DNA of 64,000 nucleotides from Sulfurimonas sp. Lineage in GTDB: Bacteria; Campylobacterota; Campylobacteria; Campylobacterales; Sulfurimonadaceae. The position numbers and the translations under genes were made by a program. The notes beneath the pieces are model-generated. The model ran no database searches, had not been told where the DNA came from, and saw nothing but the letters and a program-made list of their open reading frames with translations. Shown one piece after another: positions 18,964 through 30,865 of the stretch. Each line of letters begins with the position of its first letter. Position 1 is the first letter of the stretch. The stretch is taken from NCBI RefSeq assembly GCF_029027405.1, contig NZ_CP093396.1, positions 1,931,497 through 1,995,496 on the forward strand, written 5' to 3'.

Positions 18964-21135
18964 ATGGCGAGAAAACGAACTCTTAGGCAAAAAGTAGGTA
19001 TAACTTTAAACTTTTTACTTGGACAAAAAGATTTAAGTGTTGTTGTCTTTGTAATGGCTATTCTTGCAATTATTATAGTTCCACTTCCATCTGCTGTACT
19101 TGATGTTTTACTAACTATTTCAATGTCAATAGCTGTTTTAGTTTTACTAATCTCTTTATATGTTCCAAAACCAACAGACTTAACAACTTTTCCAACTCTC
19201 ATCCTCATCATCACACTCTTTAGGCTTTCTCTCAATGTTGCAACAACAAGAATGATTTTGAGCCACGGGCATGAAGGAAACGAAAATGTAAGTAGCATAA
19301 TTACAAGTTTTGGTGACTTTGTTGTTGGTGGTAACTTTGTTATAGGTATAATTGTTTTTTCTATCTTAATTCTTATAAACTTTATGGTTATTACAAAAGG
19401 TTCTACAAGGGTTGCAGAGGTTGCAGCAAGATTTACACTAGACTCAATGCCAGGAAAACAAATGGCTGTTGATGCAGATTTGAGTGCTGGACTTATAGAC
19501 GATGCAGAAGCAAAACAACGCCGTGCAGAGATTCTTCAAGATGCAAATTTTTATGGAGCTATGGACGGTTCTTCAAAGTTTGTAAAAGGTGATGCTGTTG
19601 CTGGTATTATCATTACACTTATTAACATTATAGGTGGGTTTCTCATAGGAGTTTTTCAACATGGGATGAGTGTGGGTGATAGTGCTTCTACCTTTACACT
19701 TCTTACTATTGGTGATGGTTTAGTTGGTCAGATTCCTGCTCTAATTATTTCAACAGCTACCGGTATTATGATTACTCGCTCTTCTGGAGATGGTGATAAC
19801 TTCGCAGAAGGCACAATCAACCAAATGATGGGTAATGCAAAAATTATGATGATAGTTGGATTTATAATGATTTTATTTGCTTTAGTTCCAGGACTTCCTA
19901 CTGCTTCTATGGGTTTTGTTGGTATTGTATTTGCACTTCTTGGTTGGTCTGTGTATAAGTACGAAAAAGGGGAATTTACTATTCTTGACCAAGATGATAT
20001 CTTATCTCCTAAAGAAAAAGAACAACAACAAAAAGACAGATCTGCGGCTAAGCCAGAAAAATCAAATGAAGAAATAGCAAAAGAAGAAGAAAGTGCACTT
20101 GAAGACATACTAAAAGTAGAGATGTTAGAACTTACTCTTGGTTATCAATTAATACGACTTGCAGATAAATCGCAAGGTGGAGATTTATTAGAACGCATAC
20201 GATCTATGAGAAGAAAAATTGCATCAGATTTTGGTTTTTTAATGCCTCAAGTTCGAATAAGAGACAACTTGCATCTAGACCCAGAACAATATCAAATAAT
20301 GCTAAAAGGAATCTCAGTTGGAGAGGGTACAATAAAACCAGATAAATTTTTAGCTATGGATAGCGGTATGGCAACTGGAGAAATAGATGGAGAAGCTACA
20401 AAGGAACCAGCATTTGGCTTAGATGCTATCTGGATATTAGCTGAGCAAAAAGAAGATGCTATTATAAATGGTTATACAGTAGTGGATGCAGCAACTGTTA
20501 TATCAACACATATGAGTGAACTAGTTAAACAAAATGCAGAAGATTTATTAACTCGTCAGGAAGTTCAAACACTTATAAATAAAATACAAATAGACTTTCC
20601 TGTTATTGTTGATGATGTCCTTAAGGTTGCTAGTATTGGTCTTATACAGCGTATATTTAAAGCTCTTTTACATGAAAAAATACCACTTAAAGATATGTTG
20701 AGTATCTTAGAAACTATTGCAGATATTGCCGAATATACTAAAAATGTAGATTTTATAACAGAACAAGTAAGAGCAAAACTATCTCGTGTTATTACACAAA
20801 TGTATTCAAGTGAGGATGGTGTTATACGACTTTTAACTTTTGATACAGCTAGTGAGCAATTAATGCTTGAAAAATCTCAAGAAAAAGATGGGGTTAGAAA
20901 CCTTTTACTGAGTGTAACGGAGATAAATCAACTTATTCAGGCAACTAGCACAAAAGCACATGAGTTACTACAAAAAGGTGTTTCTCCTGTTGTAGTTATA
21001 GTTGACCCAGGACTTCGTCGTGGTATAACAGAAATATTTGAGAGATTTTCTCTTGATGTTGTTACTCTTTCTCATGCAGAGATTGATTCAAGTGCAACAT
21101 TTGAGGTCATGGGTTCAATTTCCATAGAACAATAA
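18964..21135 (+). CDS. flhA: flagellar export apparatus protein FlhA
   Basis: 723 aa, N-terminal multi-TM export-gate domain (FHGMSVGD motif region) and the large cytoplasmic FlhA-C domain. Confidence 0.97.
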   Translation: MARKRTLRQKVGITLNFLLGQKDLSVVVFVMAILAIIIVPLPSAVLDVLLTISMSIAVLVLLISLYVPKPTDLTTFPTLILIITLFRLSLNVATTRMILSHGHEGNENVSSIITSFGDFVVGGNFVIGIIVFSILILINFMVITKGSTRVAEVAARFTLDSMPGKQMAVDADLSAGLIDDAEAKQRRAEILQDANFYGAMDGSSKFVKGDAVAGIIITLINIIGGFLIGVFQHGMSVGDSASTFTLLTIGDGLVGQIPALIISTATGIMITRSSGDGDNFAEGTINQMMGNAKIMMIVGFIMILFALVPGLPTASMGFVGIVFALLGWSVYKYEKGEFTILDQDDILSPKEKEQQQKDRSAAKPEKSNEEIAKEEESALEDILKVEMLELTLGYQLIRLADKSQGGDLLERIRSMRRKIASDFGFLMPQVRIRDNLHLDPEQYQIMLKGISVGEGTIKPDKFLAMDSGMATGEIDGEATKEPAFGLDAIWILAEQKEDAIINGYTVVDAATVISTHMSELVKQNAEDLLTRQEVQTLINKIQIDFPVIVDDVLKVASIGLIQRIFKALLHEKIPLKDMLSILETIADIAEYTKNVDFITEQVRAKLSRVITQMYSSEDGVIRLLTFDTASEQLMLEKSQEKDGVRNLLLSVTEINQLIQATSTKAHELLQKGVSPVVVIVDPGLRRGITEIFERFSLDVVTLSHAEIDSSATFEVMGSISIEQ

Positions 21136-21142
21136 AACCATC

Positions 21143-21195
21143 CTATAAAGAATAGCTTAAACAGAAGCTAAACTTTATAGACATGAGTATGTTGT
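21143..21195 (+). terminator. long hairpin after the flhA stop (terminator or IS-proximal structure)
   Basis: ctataaagaatagctt / aagctaaactttatag is a nearly perfect 16-bp stem with a 6-nt loop, followed by T-rich sequence. Confidence 0.45.
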
Positions 21196-21199
21196 TTCA

Positions 21200-22790
21200 T
21201 TATTTGAGTATTTTGTAAAAATGCTCAGATGATCAAATAAAAAAAGTAATACATTCTTGGTCAGTGTTCATTAAAATCTCATTGTTTTCACAAGTGCTAA
21301 AACTAATAAATTCGTGTTTGTTCTTTAGATATTTTTATCTTCTAGGTAAAAATACTCTTTTTGGTTCATACGGTTTATTGTATTTAAAAAGTGAATAGAT
21401 TGTTGTTGCTAATTTTTTAGAGATAATGATTAAGGCTTCTTTCTTGCTTTTACCAGCAGAGACTTTATCATAGAAAACTTTGTTAAGTTCTATATTATGT
21501 CTTACAGAAGCAACAGCTGCCATATAAAGAGCATGCTTTGCTATTGGTATGCCACGCTTAGCGAGTCTACCAACAGATAAAGAGTTACCAGATTGGTATT
21601 GAGTAGGATAAAGTCCTAAGTAGGCTATAAAAGCTTTTGCAGAAGTAAAGCGTTTAATGTTTCCACACTCTCCTAAAACAGCAGAGATAGTTTTATCAGA
21701 CACCCCTGGAATAGTTCTTATATTTTCAATAGCTGAATCTAGTTCTTCAATTTTGTTATAGAGTAAACTGTTTATTTGAAGCTCTATTTCATCTTTTTCT
21801 TGACAAAGAAGCTCTAATACCTTAAAATTAGTTCTAATCATTAAGGCTCTTGCTTCTTTAGCACGACCAGCATAAATTGAAGATTTAGAAAGTTCTATTA
21901 AGAATTTAGCTTTTTCTTCATTGAAGTTGTTACCTTTGATATGTCGAAATAACTTAGTCAGCTTCTTTGGCGTAGCTTTAGAAATATCCACAGCTGTTGG
22001 GTAAGCTTTAATGGTTACTATAGCTGTCTTAGAAAAAATATTTGGAAAGACTTTATTAATTTCTGGATTAACAGTTGCTATCACAGTAGAAATTTCTCTC
22101 TTAATGGGTTTTATCTTATCTGATAAAGATTTTTTTAATCTTCCTAAAACTTTAAGTGACTGATAATCATCGTTAGAGATATAACTCTCTTTGTACTTAT
22201 CACTAGCTAAAAGCTCAGCAATAACTAATGCATCAATAGAATCATTTTTAATCTTTCTCATAGTGCTAAAATCTCTATATTTAGCTGTTTGATAAGAGTT
22301 TAAAAGAACTACTTTATAATCTGCATCAGTTATATACTCATATAGATTTTCACTAAAAGCTCCAGTTGACTCTACTCCAATAATGAAATCATCATTATTT
22401 AAAGAGAGTTCAGCAAACTTTGCAAGTAAATCTCTAAGCCCTAAAACATCTGAATAAATCCAGAATTGTTTTACAGCTATTTCTCTAGTATCATCTAAGA
22501 TACAAACATAATGCTTCTCTTTGGCTACATCTATTCCTACATAGTACATAATACACCTCTTGTTATTAGTTTAGCGATCTCATAGCTTCGTGTTATACGA
22601 GGTAGAAATGTTCAATTTCTCCTCAGCATCCTATAGATGATTTAGTAAAGCTAACACAAGACGTTTTTTGTGTTGCTACATATAGTCCAAAAAGGAAAGA
22701 AACCTGTTTATAGTTAGCTTTTGTGAAAACCATGAGTCTTTAATGAACTCAACCATTTTATAGTATTTGGTTGGTTAATGTATTATACGA
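21200..22790 (-). mobile_element. IS110-family insertion sequence (boundaries approximate)
   Basis: Contains a single IS110-type transposase gene. Ends were not delimited; IS110 members lack clear terminal inverted repeats. Confidence 0.4.
21335..22549 (-). CDS. IS110-family transposase
   Basis: MYYVGIDVAKEKHYV... DEDD N-domain and the C-terminal IS116/IS110/IS902 domain (IPGVS...AYLGL.P..YQSG). Confidence 0.9.
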   Translation of the reverse strand: MYYVGIDVAKEKHYVCILDDTREIAVKQFWIYSDVLGLRDLLAKFAELSLNNDDFIIGVESTGAFSENLYEYITDADYKVVLLNSYQTAKYRDFSTMRKIKNDSIDALVIAELLASDKYKESYISNDDYQSLKVLGRLKKSLSDKIKPIKREISTVIATVNPEINKVFPNIFSKTAIVTIKAYPTAVDISKATPKKLTKLFRHIKGNNFNEEKAKFLIELSKSSIYAGRAKEARALMIRTNFKVLELLCQEKDEIELQINSLLYNKIEELDSAIENIRTIPGVSDKTISAVLGECGNIKRFTSAKAFIAYLGLYPTQYQSGNSLSVGRLAKRGIPIAKHALYMAAVASVRHNIELNKVFYDKVSAGKSKKEALIIISKKLATTIYSLFKYNKPYEPKRVFLPRR

Positions 22791-22799
22791 AGGGAAAAA

Positions 22800-23885
22800 A
22801 TGAAAAGACAAACTATACATCACCTATCGCATATTGACTTAGATGGATACAGTTGCCAATTTGTAATGAGATACACTCCATATAAAATATTTAACTACAA
22901 CGCTAATTATGGAGCAGAAGTAAGACAAAAACTTGAACTTATTATAGAAAATATAAAGAAAAATAAAGATAGTGCTATTATTTTAATTACCGATTTAAAT
23001 TTAACTAATGATGAGTCTAGGTGGTTAAATGGTGAAGTTCATAAGATTAATGATACCCATAAAATGGATATAACTTTAACTCTACTTGATCATCATGGAA
23101 GTGGAGAAAGTAGTGCAAATAAATATAAATGGTACTACCTTGACACTGAGCGTTGTGCAACTAAAATCACTTATGATTATGCGAAAGAAAATTTTTCTCT
23201 AGATGAACCTGAGTGGATGGAAAAATTTGTAAATATAGTAAATGCTGTAGATTTATGGAAACAAGAAGAAGTGGAAAACTTCGAACTTGGAAAGGTTTGT
23301 ATGCGACTTATAACTGAAACAAGAGAGCTAAATAAAGTTATGTTTGCAGAAATTGACACTAATTATAAACTTTCACTACTGCTAGAAGCGACAAAATATA
23401 TAAATGAAGAAAATGCTCATATCTTACTAGATGAAAAAATTCACTCAATAAAAAAAGATTTTTTTAAAGTAGATAAGAATGATACTCTTGATAATCTAGC
23501 TACTAAATATATAGTACAACTATTAGGAGATGCTAGAGCTGAAAAAACTATTTATTATAAAGGTTATAGAGGTTATTTAAGTTATGGTGTAGGTAATACT
23601 TCGATAATAGGAAATGGTTTTTTACTTGCTTATCCAGAATATGATTTTATTGTAGATGTAAGCTACCGAGGAGCAATGAGCCTAAGAGCAAATAACCAAG
23701 TAAGTGTTTCTCAAATATCAAAAGAGTGGGCGAATGGAGGTGGACATCCAAATGCGGCGGGTGGAAGAATTGTAGGATTTAAAGAGCAATATCGTTATGA
23801 TAAAGTTAAACAACAGATAGAAAAAGTCATAAATGACAAAGAAGCAGTTGCTGGAGATTTGGAGTATAAAAAAGAAGATATTTAA
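22800..23885 (+). CDS. DHH/DHHA1 phosphoesterase (NrnA-like nanoRNase/pAp phosphatase family)
   Basis: SHIDLDGYSCQ and TLLDHHGSG (DHH motifs), plus DHHA1 GGGHPNAAGG. Confidence 0.8.
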   Translation: MKRQTIHHLSHIDLDGYSCQFVMRYTPYKIFNYNANYGAEVRQKLELIIENIKKNKDSAIILITDLNLTNDESRWLNGEVHKINDTHKMDITLTLLDHHGSGESSANKYKWYYLDTERCATKITYDYAKENFSLDEPEWMEKFVNIVNAVDLWKQEEVENFELGKVCMRLITETRELNKVMFAEIDTNYKLSLLLEATKYINEENAHILLDEKIHSIKKDFFKVDKNDTLDNLATKYIVQLLGDARAEKTIYYKGYRGYLSYGVGNTSIIGNGFLLAYPEYDFIVDVSYRGAMSLRANNQVSVSQISKEWANGGGHPNAAGGRIVGFKEQYRYDKVKQQIEKVINDKEAVAGDLEYKKEDI

Positions 23886-25243
23886 TTTCTACTATTGTAA
23901 AAATATCTTTCTATTCCATTTGCTAGACCCAAAGCCATAGTTCTTCTATATTTAGAATTAACTAATCGTGTAGCTTCTTTTGGGTGTGTTATAAAACCAA
24001 CTTCTACTAAAACTGCTGGCATCTGAGCACCAACAAGTACCCAAAAAGGGCCTTCACGAACTCCACCATCTTTAACTTTATACTTTTTTAAACTGCCTAA
24101 CATTCCTCTTTGTAGATCAATTGCAAGCTTGTTTGAAGCTAAAATTTTATGATGATTTAAAAACTTTAAAAAAGTATTTTTACCATATCTATTCATCTCA
24201 CTTAAATCTGCCGAGTTCTCTTTTGCTGCAATACTCTCAGCTCTTGAAGACTTAGAAGGAGATAAAAAATAACACTCTATGCCATGAACTTTATGAGCGT
24301 TCCTTTTAGGAACTGCATTTGCATGAATACTTATAAATATATCTGCTTTTTTAGTATTTGCATACTTCGTTCTTTTACTTAGCTTTACAAACTTATCACG
24401 ATTTCTCGTCATATAAACTTTATAACCACGAGATGCTAAAATTTTTTTTAACTCCTGAGAAATTTTAAAAACAATTATTTTTTCTCTGTACCTTTTATAC
24501 CCAACTGCTCCTGGGTCTTTTCCGCCATGTCCAGCATCTATCACTATTATTTTTTGTCTATCTACTCTTTTTGGAGTTGTTATTTTTTTTGATGAAGTTT
24601 TTATATATATAAGTAGTTTCATAGATTCTTTTTTAAAACTTATTTTTAGTTTTTTAGAGTTTTCTATAACTAGACGAAGTGTATTAGTGTTATATTGTGC
24701 AATTTTTATTCTATTTATACCATGTTTTCTAAGACCTTGTGAAGAAGTTAACATAGAAGCATGTATATCAAAAACATATCTATACTTTTTTTTAAATCTA
24801 TCGTAAAGTGTAAAATAATTAATCTGATTAGAGCGAAGTTTTTTATCAAAACTTAGTATTAGTCTATCATTTCTCCATCTAATTGATTTTAGTTTATGTG
24901 TTGATTTTATTTTTAGATTTTTTACTTTTTTTATAACTTTAGATTTTGGAGCTTTATAAGTAGTCTTGGGCTTTAAGTTTGAGAGTTCTTGTGAGTATTG
25001 TGATATATCAATATGAAGTTTCCTTCCACTTTTTACTATACCATCTAATGCTTTGAATCTAAGCTTATTATCTTCACTCATAATAGAGCGAAGATATAGA
25101 TTTTTGTAATCATTATATGCGCGAAACTGATTGGATTTTGTACCACTTTTCATAAAGCCATTTGCGCGTTTTAGAATCTCATTATCGCTTAATGCGTGAA
25201 GTGCAATGACTACCAAAAAAAGTAGAGTAATTAAGCGAAACAT
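23882..25243 (-). CDS. N-acetylmuramoyl-L-alanine amidase (Amidase_3, AmiA/AmiC-like) with signal peptide
   Basis: N-terminal signal peptide; IVIDAGHGGKDPGA ... ADIFISIHANA zinc-amidase motifs. Confidence 0.85.
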   Translation of the reverse strand: MFRLITLLFLVVIALHALSDNEILKRANGFMKSGTKSNQFRAYNDYKNLYLRSIMSEDNKLRFKALDGIVKSGRKLHIDISQYSQELSNLKPKTTYKAPKSKVIKKVKNLKIKSTHKLKSIRWRNDRLILSFDKKLRSNQINYFTLYDRFKKKYRYVFDIHASMLTSSQGLRKHGINRIKIAQYNTNTLRLVIENSKKLKISFKKESMKLLIYIKTSSKKITTPKRVDRQKIIVIDAGHGGKDPGAVGYKRYREKIIVFKISQELKKILASRGYKVYMTRNRDKFVKLSKRTKYANTKKADIFISIHANAVPKRNAHKVHGIECYFLSPSKSSRAESIAAKENSADLSEMNRYGKNTFLKFLNHHKILASNKLAIDLQRGMLGSLKKYKVKDGGVREGPFWVLVGAQMPAVLVEVGFITHPKEATRLVNSKYRRTMALGLANGIERYFYNSRN

Positions 25244-25250
25244 TCTGTGT

Positions 25251-26342
25251 TTATTCGCCTTGTATCAGTTTATTCATCAACTCTTTTACTGAGATAATTT
25301 CGTTTAGTCTATAACCATTTGTTCCTGAAAAGAATAACCCTGTTTCAGTATTCCCCATAAAAGCATCACTAAGTCTATCGGCTATACAAAAACCAACTTC
25401 TTTTGCTTCTACTCCACGATTACAAGGTGATACACAGTTAGATATACATTTAATTGCTGGACCTTCTCTTTTTTCAACTAAATGAGTTAAGTTTGTAACA
25501 ATTCCTTGCGCAGGATAACCAACAGGTGAACCCATAAGTTTTATGTCATCTTTTTTAGCATTTAGAAGTACTGTTTTAAAGTTATCATGAGCATCACATT
25601 CATGTGTTCCTATAAAACGGGTTCCCATTTGAACACCAGATGCACCAAGAGCCATCATCTCTTCTATATCACTCTTGTCCCAAACACCACCAGCAGCAAT
25701 AACAGGAATATCTCCCCATTTAGAAGCTTCTTCTACAACAGGTGAAACAAGGTTTTCTAGCTGGTTTTGAGGTAATTTGCACTGCTCATAAGTAAAACCT
25801 TGATGCCCACCACTTTTTGGTCCTTCAAGTACAACAGCATCTGGAAGTCGGTTATATCTTTTTTGCCATCGTTTACAGATGATTTTAAGAGCCTTTGCAG
25901 ATGATACAATAGGAACTAGAGCAACATCAGGATAACCTTCTGTAAACTCTGGCATATTTGTTGGAAGCCCTGCTCCTGTTATTATAATATCAATCCCAGA
26001 TTCACAAGCATTTCTTACAACATCACCATAACCATTAATAGCATATAAAATATTTGCTGCTAATGGTTTATCTCCACATATTTTTCGAGCATTTTGTATA
26101 ATTTTATCAAAACCCTCTTTTGAGTAGAAATTTGCCTCGCTTAGAGGTCTGTTTGATACTAGCTTCTGTGCATAAGCCTTATCTTCATAGTAACCTGTTC
26201 CAACTGAACTTACAACACCAAGTCCACCCTCCTTTGAAACATTACCGGCTAAACCATCCCAGCTAATACCAACACCCATACCACCTTGGACTACTGGCTT
26301 GTCAATAATATATTTTCCAATTTTCAGTGACTTAAAACTCAT
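25251..26342 (-). CDS. nitronate monooxygenase / FabK-like FMN oxidoreductase (NMO family)
   Basis: VVQGGMGVGISW ... GAGLP ... AAGGV, a TIM-barrel NMO pattern. Confidence 0.75.
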   Translation of the reverse strand: MSFKSLKIGKYIIDKPVVQGGMGVGISWDGLAGNVSKEGGLGVVSSVGTGYYEDKAYAQKLVSNRPLSEANFYSKEGFDKIIQNARKICGDKPLAANILYAINGYGDVVRNACESGIDIIITGAGLPTNMPEFTEGYPDVALVPIVSSAKALKIICKRWQKRYNRLPDAVVLEGPKSGGHQGFTYEQCKLPQNQLENLVSPVVEEASKWGDIPVIAAGGVWDKSDIEEMMALGASGVQMGTRFIGTHECDAHDNFKTVLLNAKKDDIKLMGSPVGYPAQGIVTNLTHLVEKREGPAIKCISNCVSPCNRGVEAKEVGFCIADRLSDAFMGNTETGLFFSGTNGYRLNEIISVKELMNKLIQGE

Positions 26343-27542
26343 CTAATTAACCTTTAATTTTGCAAACTTTCTTTTTCCAACTTGTAGTATATAACTACCA
26401 CTTTGTAGCTGTAAATTTATATCAGATATTTTATCTTGGTTTATTTTAACAGCACCTTGCTTAATATCTCGCCTTGCTTGAGAAGTTGATGGTTCAATAT
26501 TACAATCTACTAAGGCTTTTGCTATCCAAACCTTACCTTCGCAAGAAAATTCTTCAATATCTGTTGGTATTTGACTTTTAGCATGAACTCTATCAAACTC
26601 TGCTTTTGCTCTCTCTGCTTCTTCTTTTGAGTGATACCTTGTAGTTATTTCTATTGCTAAATCTTCTTTAACAACTTTTGGATGCATTGAACCATCTGCA
26701 ACACCACTTTTTATAGTTGAAATTTCATCTAAAGTTTTTGTACTTAGCAACTCGAAAAATCTCCACATAAGTTCATCATTTATACTAAGAACTTTTCCAA
26801 ACATATCATTTGGTGCATCTGTTACACCAATATAGTTGTTTAAAGATTTACTCATTTTTTGTACGCCATCTAAACCTTCCAAGATAGGCATCATTAAAAC
26901 AGCTTGTTGTTTTTTTACATCATAAGTTTTTTGAAGCTGTCTTCCCATTAAAAGATTAAACTTTTGGTCAGTTCCACCTATTTCTATATCACTCTTTAGA
27001 TGCACACTATCATATCCTTGAAGAAGTGGGTACATAAACTCACTAACAGCTATCGGAGTATTACTCGTATATCTTTTTGAAAAATCATCACGCTCTAATA
27101 TTCTAGCAACTGTAAGTGTAGATGCTAACTCCAACATTCCATTTGCTCCAAGAAGCTCTAGCCAATCATTATTATATACAATGTCTGTTTTACTTTCATC
27201 TAAGATTTTAAAAGCTTGAGTTGTATAGCTTGTAATATTTTTAGTTATATCATTTTTACTTAACACTTTTCTTGTAGTATTTTTTCCAGTAGGGTCACCA
27301 ATAGTTGCAGTAAAATCACCAATTAAAAATTGAACTCTTCCACCATATTTTTGAAATGTTGCTAACTTTTGAAGTAAAACAGTATGCCCTAAGTGTAGAT
27401 CAGGGGCAGTTGGATCAAAACCAGCTTTCACTGTATATGTTTCTCCAGTCTCAAAATACTTAGTCAATAATTTTTCAATTCTTTGTATATCGATTATCTC
27501 AGCACTACCTCTATTTATCTCTCTTAAAGCTTCTTCTAGCAT
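26343..27542 (-). CDS. tyrS: tyrosine--tRNA ligase
   Basis: Class I motifs HLGH (PDLHLGH) and KMSKS, plus a C-terminal S4 domain. Confidence 0.95.
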   Translation of the reverse strand: MLEEALREINRGSAEIIDIQRIEKLLTKYFETGETYTVKAGFDPTAPDLHLGHTVLLQKLATFQKYGGRVQFLIGDFTATIGDPTGKNTTRKVLSKNDITKNITSYTTQAFKILDESKTDIVYNNDWLELLGANGMLELASTLTVARILERDDFSKRYTSNTPIAVSEFMYPLLQGYDSVHLKSDIEIGGTDQKFNLLMGRQLQKTYDVKKQQAVLMMPILEGLDGVQKMSKSLNNYIGVTDAPNDMFGKVLSINDELMWRFFELLSTKTLDEISTIKSGVADGSMHPKVVKEDLAIEITTRYHSKEEAERAKAEFDRVHAKSQIPTDIEEFSCEGKVWIAKALVDCNIEPSTSQARRDIKQGAVKINQDKISDINLQLQSGSYILQVGKRKFAKLKVN

Positions 27543-27566
27543 ATATATATTCCTAAGTATTTAATT

Positions 27567-29720
27567 TTATTTGTATGCGTCATCTGTTCGTATTAGATGT
27601 ATAACTTTTACTTTTTGTTCCATTTTAAGCTGAAGTGCATTTGTACTTGATTCTTTTGACTCAAAACTCATCTCACAATAGCGAGTAGACTCACTATCAT
27701 TTTTGCCTAATTCTATAGAATTTATATCTATATTTAACATAACTAAAAAGTTTAAAAAATCTGCTAAAGTTCCTTTACCACTATGAAGAGAGACTATTAA
27801 ATTATAATTATATATATTTTGCTTTTCCCATTTAACAAAAATCAGAGGCTCATTTACTTCTAATTTTTTTGTAGCGATTTTACACATTTTATGGTGAATA
27901 TGCACTTTTAACTTTTCGCTGAAACCTATTATTTCATCACCAGATTTTGGATGACAACAGTAGTCAAATACAACACCGTTTATGTATGAAGCACTAAAAA
28001 GTTCTATAGAACGAAAACTATATGCTCTTAATTTAAATCTATGACGAGATAAAAATCTTTTGAATCTAGAAGTTTTTCCTATTTCTAAAATATATTTGTG
28101 AATCATCTCTCGAAAAAAATCAACTTCATAATTTAAACCTATTTTTTTTTCATAACCATTACCAATAAACCATTCTTTAACTCTTGAAAATTTTAAATTC
28201 ATTGCTGTTGCTATGATATTTATACTAGCTTTCACATTTATTTCTTTTATTCTAGCATTACAGTTTAGTTGCATATTTGTTTGTGCTTTAGAAGTTTTAA
28301 CCGCATCTATCCAACTACATCTTGTGATAACTTCATCTGCTGTTATTATTTGAACAATATCACCATTTTCAAGCTTACTTAGTAATGGTTGTTTTTCTTT
28401 GTTTATCAGTGCAGACACTGCTTTATTTCCAACTGCAGTATGTACGCAATAAGCATAATCAAGAGCAACAGCAGCACGAGGAAGCGTAAATGGTTCTCCT
28501 TTTGGAGAAAATACAGAAATATCTTCAGAATATAAATCATTTTTCATCAAAGCATAAATATCTTCAGCCGAACTATCTGATTCATTTTGAAAATCTAAGT
28601 TTTGTAACCAATCAAGTTTTATATTATTTCCACCGCTTTTATATTTCCAATGAGCAGCAACACCAAGTTCAGCAGTTTGGTGCATATCGAAAGTTCTTAT
28701 TTGAACTTCAAATATCGCTGTATTAAAAAAAACAGTAGTATGAATAGTTTGGTAACCATTATCTTTTGCAACAGCTATATAATCTTTAAATCGTGAAGAG
28801 AGTGGTTGAAATTCTAAATGTATAAGCCCTAAAATACTGTAACATTTAACAGGGTCGATGGTTAATACTCTAACTGCTAATAAGTCAAGCACTTCATCAA
28901 TACTCACACCTTTTCTTTGCATCTTTAAATAGATAGAATAAGTATGTTTAACACGAGAAAGTATTTCAAAATCATCTTCACAAAAACCATTTTTTGATAA
29001 AAGTTTATGAATTTTTTCTTTAAAATCATTTAATTTCATCTCTAAGGCATGGTAATTTGTGTCAAGATAGTTATCAATATGATGTTTGTCTTCTTTAAAA
29101 AGGTATGAAAAGCTTATGTCTTCGAGCATATTTTTTAAAAAACTGATTCCCAAACGATGAGCTATTGGGGCATATACGACAAGTGTTTCTTCTGCAATTC
29201 TAAGTTGTTTATGTTCTGGCAAGGCATCTAGAGTCAACATATTGTGAAGTCTGTCACATAGTTTTACAACTAATACTCGGACATCTTCTATGCTTGCTAT
29301 CAACATTTTACGAAAAGATAAGGCTGAAACTACAAGTCTTTCATTTGAATTTGAAGGTATTAACTCAGAGTCACGAATAGTATCAATCTTTGTCAATCCT
29401 TCAACTAAATGAGCAACATCACTACCAAAAACTTCAATTACTTTTTCAATACTTATCTCTGTATCTTCAACAACATCATGAAGCAACGCAGCAATAGCCA
29501 TAGACTCATCACTTGTAATAGAAGAAACTATAGATGCTACTAAAATTGGATGGATTATATATGGTTCTCCGCTCTTTCGTTTTTGATTTTTATGAGCGAT
29601 TTTTGCGTATTTTAATGCTTCGTGTAGTTTTTCACTTTCATCTATTTGAGTAAATAGAAAGTTCTGTGCTGAGTCAACATCATGGAGATGCTTTATTTTT
29701 GCAATATTTAGTTGACTCAT
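27567..29720 (-). CDS. spoT: bifunctional (p)ppGpp synthetase/hydrolase RelA/SpoT
   Basis: HD hydrolase (HDVVEDT), RelA_SpoT synthetase, and TGS and ACT C-terminal regions; 717 aa. Confidence 0.95.
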   Translation of the reverse strand: MSQLNIAKIKHLHDVDSAQNFLFTQIDESEKLHEALKYAKIAHKNQKRKSGEPYIIHPILVASIVSSITSDESMAIAALLHDVVEDTEISIEKVIEVFGSDVAHLVEGLTKIDTIRDSELIPSNSNERLVVSALSFRKMLIASIEDVRVLVVKLCDRLHNMLTLDALPEHKQLRIAEETLVVYAPIAHRLGISFLKNMLEDISFSYLFKEDKHHIDNYLDTNYHALEMKLNDFKEKIHKLLSKNGFCEDDFEILSRVKHTYSIYLKMQRKGVSIDEVLDLLAVRVLTIDPVKCYSILGLIHLEFQPLSSRFKDYIAVAKDNGYQTIHTTVFFNTAIFEVQIRTFDMHQTAELGVAAHWKYKSGGNNIKLDWLQNLDFQNESDSSAEDIYALMKNDLYSEDISVFSPKGEPFTLPRAAVALDYAYCVHTAVGNKAVSALINKEKQPLLSKLENGDIVQIITADEVITRCSWIDAVKTSKAQTNMQLNCNARIKEINVKASINIIATAMNLKFSRVKEWFIGNGYEKKIGLNYEVDFFREMIHKYILEIGKTSRFKRFLSRHRFKLRAYSFRSIELFSASYINGVVFDYCCHPKSGDEIIGFSEKLKVHIHHKMCKIATKKLEVNEPLIFVKWEKQNIYNYNLIVSLHSGKGTLADFLNFLVMLNIDINSIELGKNDSESTRYCEMSFESKESSTNALQLKMEQKVKVIHLIRTDDAYK

Positions 29721-29732
29721 ATTAAGGTTGAC

Positions 29733-29954
29733 TTACTTTTCTATATCTATAAAGCCTTTAACTCGTAAAAGGCCTTGTGCTATTTCCATAAGAGCTAAGT
29801 CTGCCGCTTTTATACTCTTTGGATCAATATTTAATTTACTTGTTGCACCATTTAAAAGCTCATCAGTTCTTTTTGATACTGCTATTGCTAATTGGTAATT
29901 ATCCATATTTGGATTATCTTCTAATATTTTTGCTGTTAATTTTTCTATTTTCAT
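29733..29954 (-). CDS. rpoZ: DNA-directed RNA polymerase subunit omega
   Basis: 73 aa, with the omega-like pattern QLAIAVSKRTDEL, in the conserved position between pyrH and spoT. Confidence 0.75.
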   Translation of the reverse strand: MKIEKLTAKILEDNPNMDNYQLAIAVSKRTDELLNGATSKLNIDPKSIKAADLALMEIAQGLLRVKGFIDIEK

Positions 29955-29972
29955 TCTGTTAATTTCCTTTCT

Positions 29973-30686
<714 letters not shown>

Positions 30687-30865
30687 CTAAACCTTTTTAT
30701 CTCTTTTAAAATCCGTGAATTATACTTAAAAATCTCTTTTGTTTTGCTTTAAAAATATTTTCAATAAGATTATAAAGATACAAAAGAATCTATTTCAGAA
30801 AAACTACAGCTCTATTTTGCTCCTTATAATCTAAAATGTTTTCTAGCATCTGAGCTAAGTTTTAA

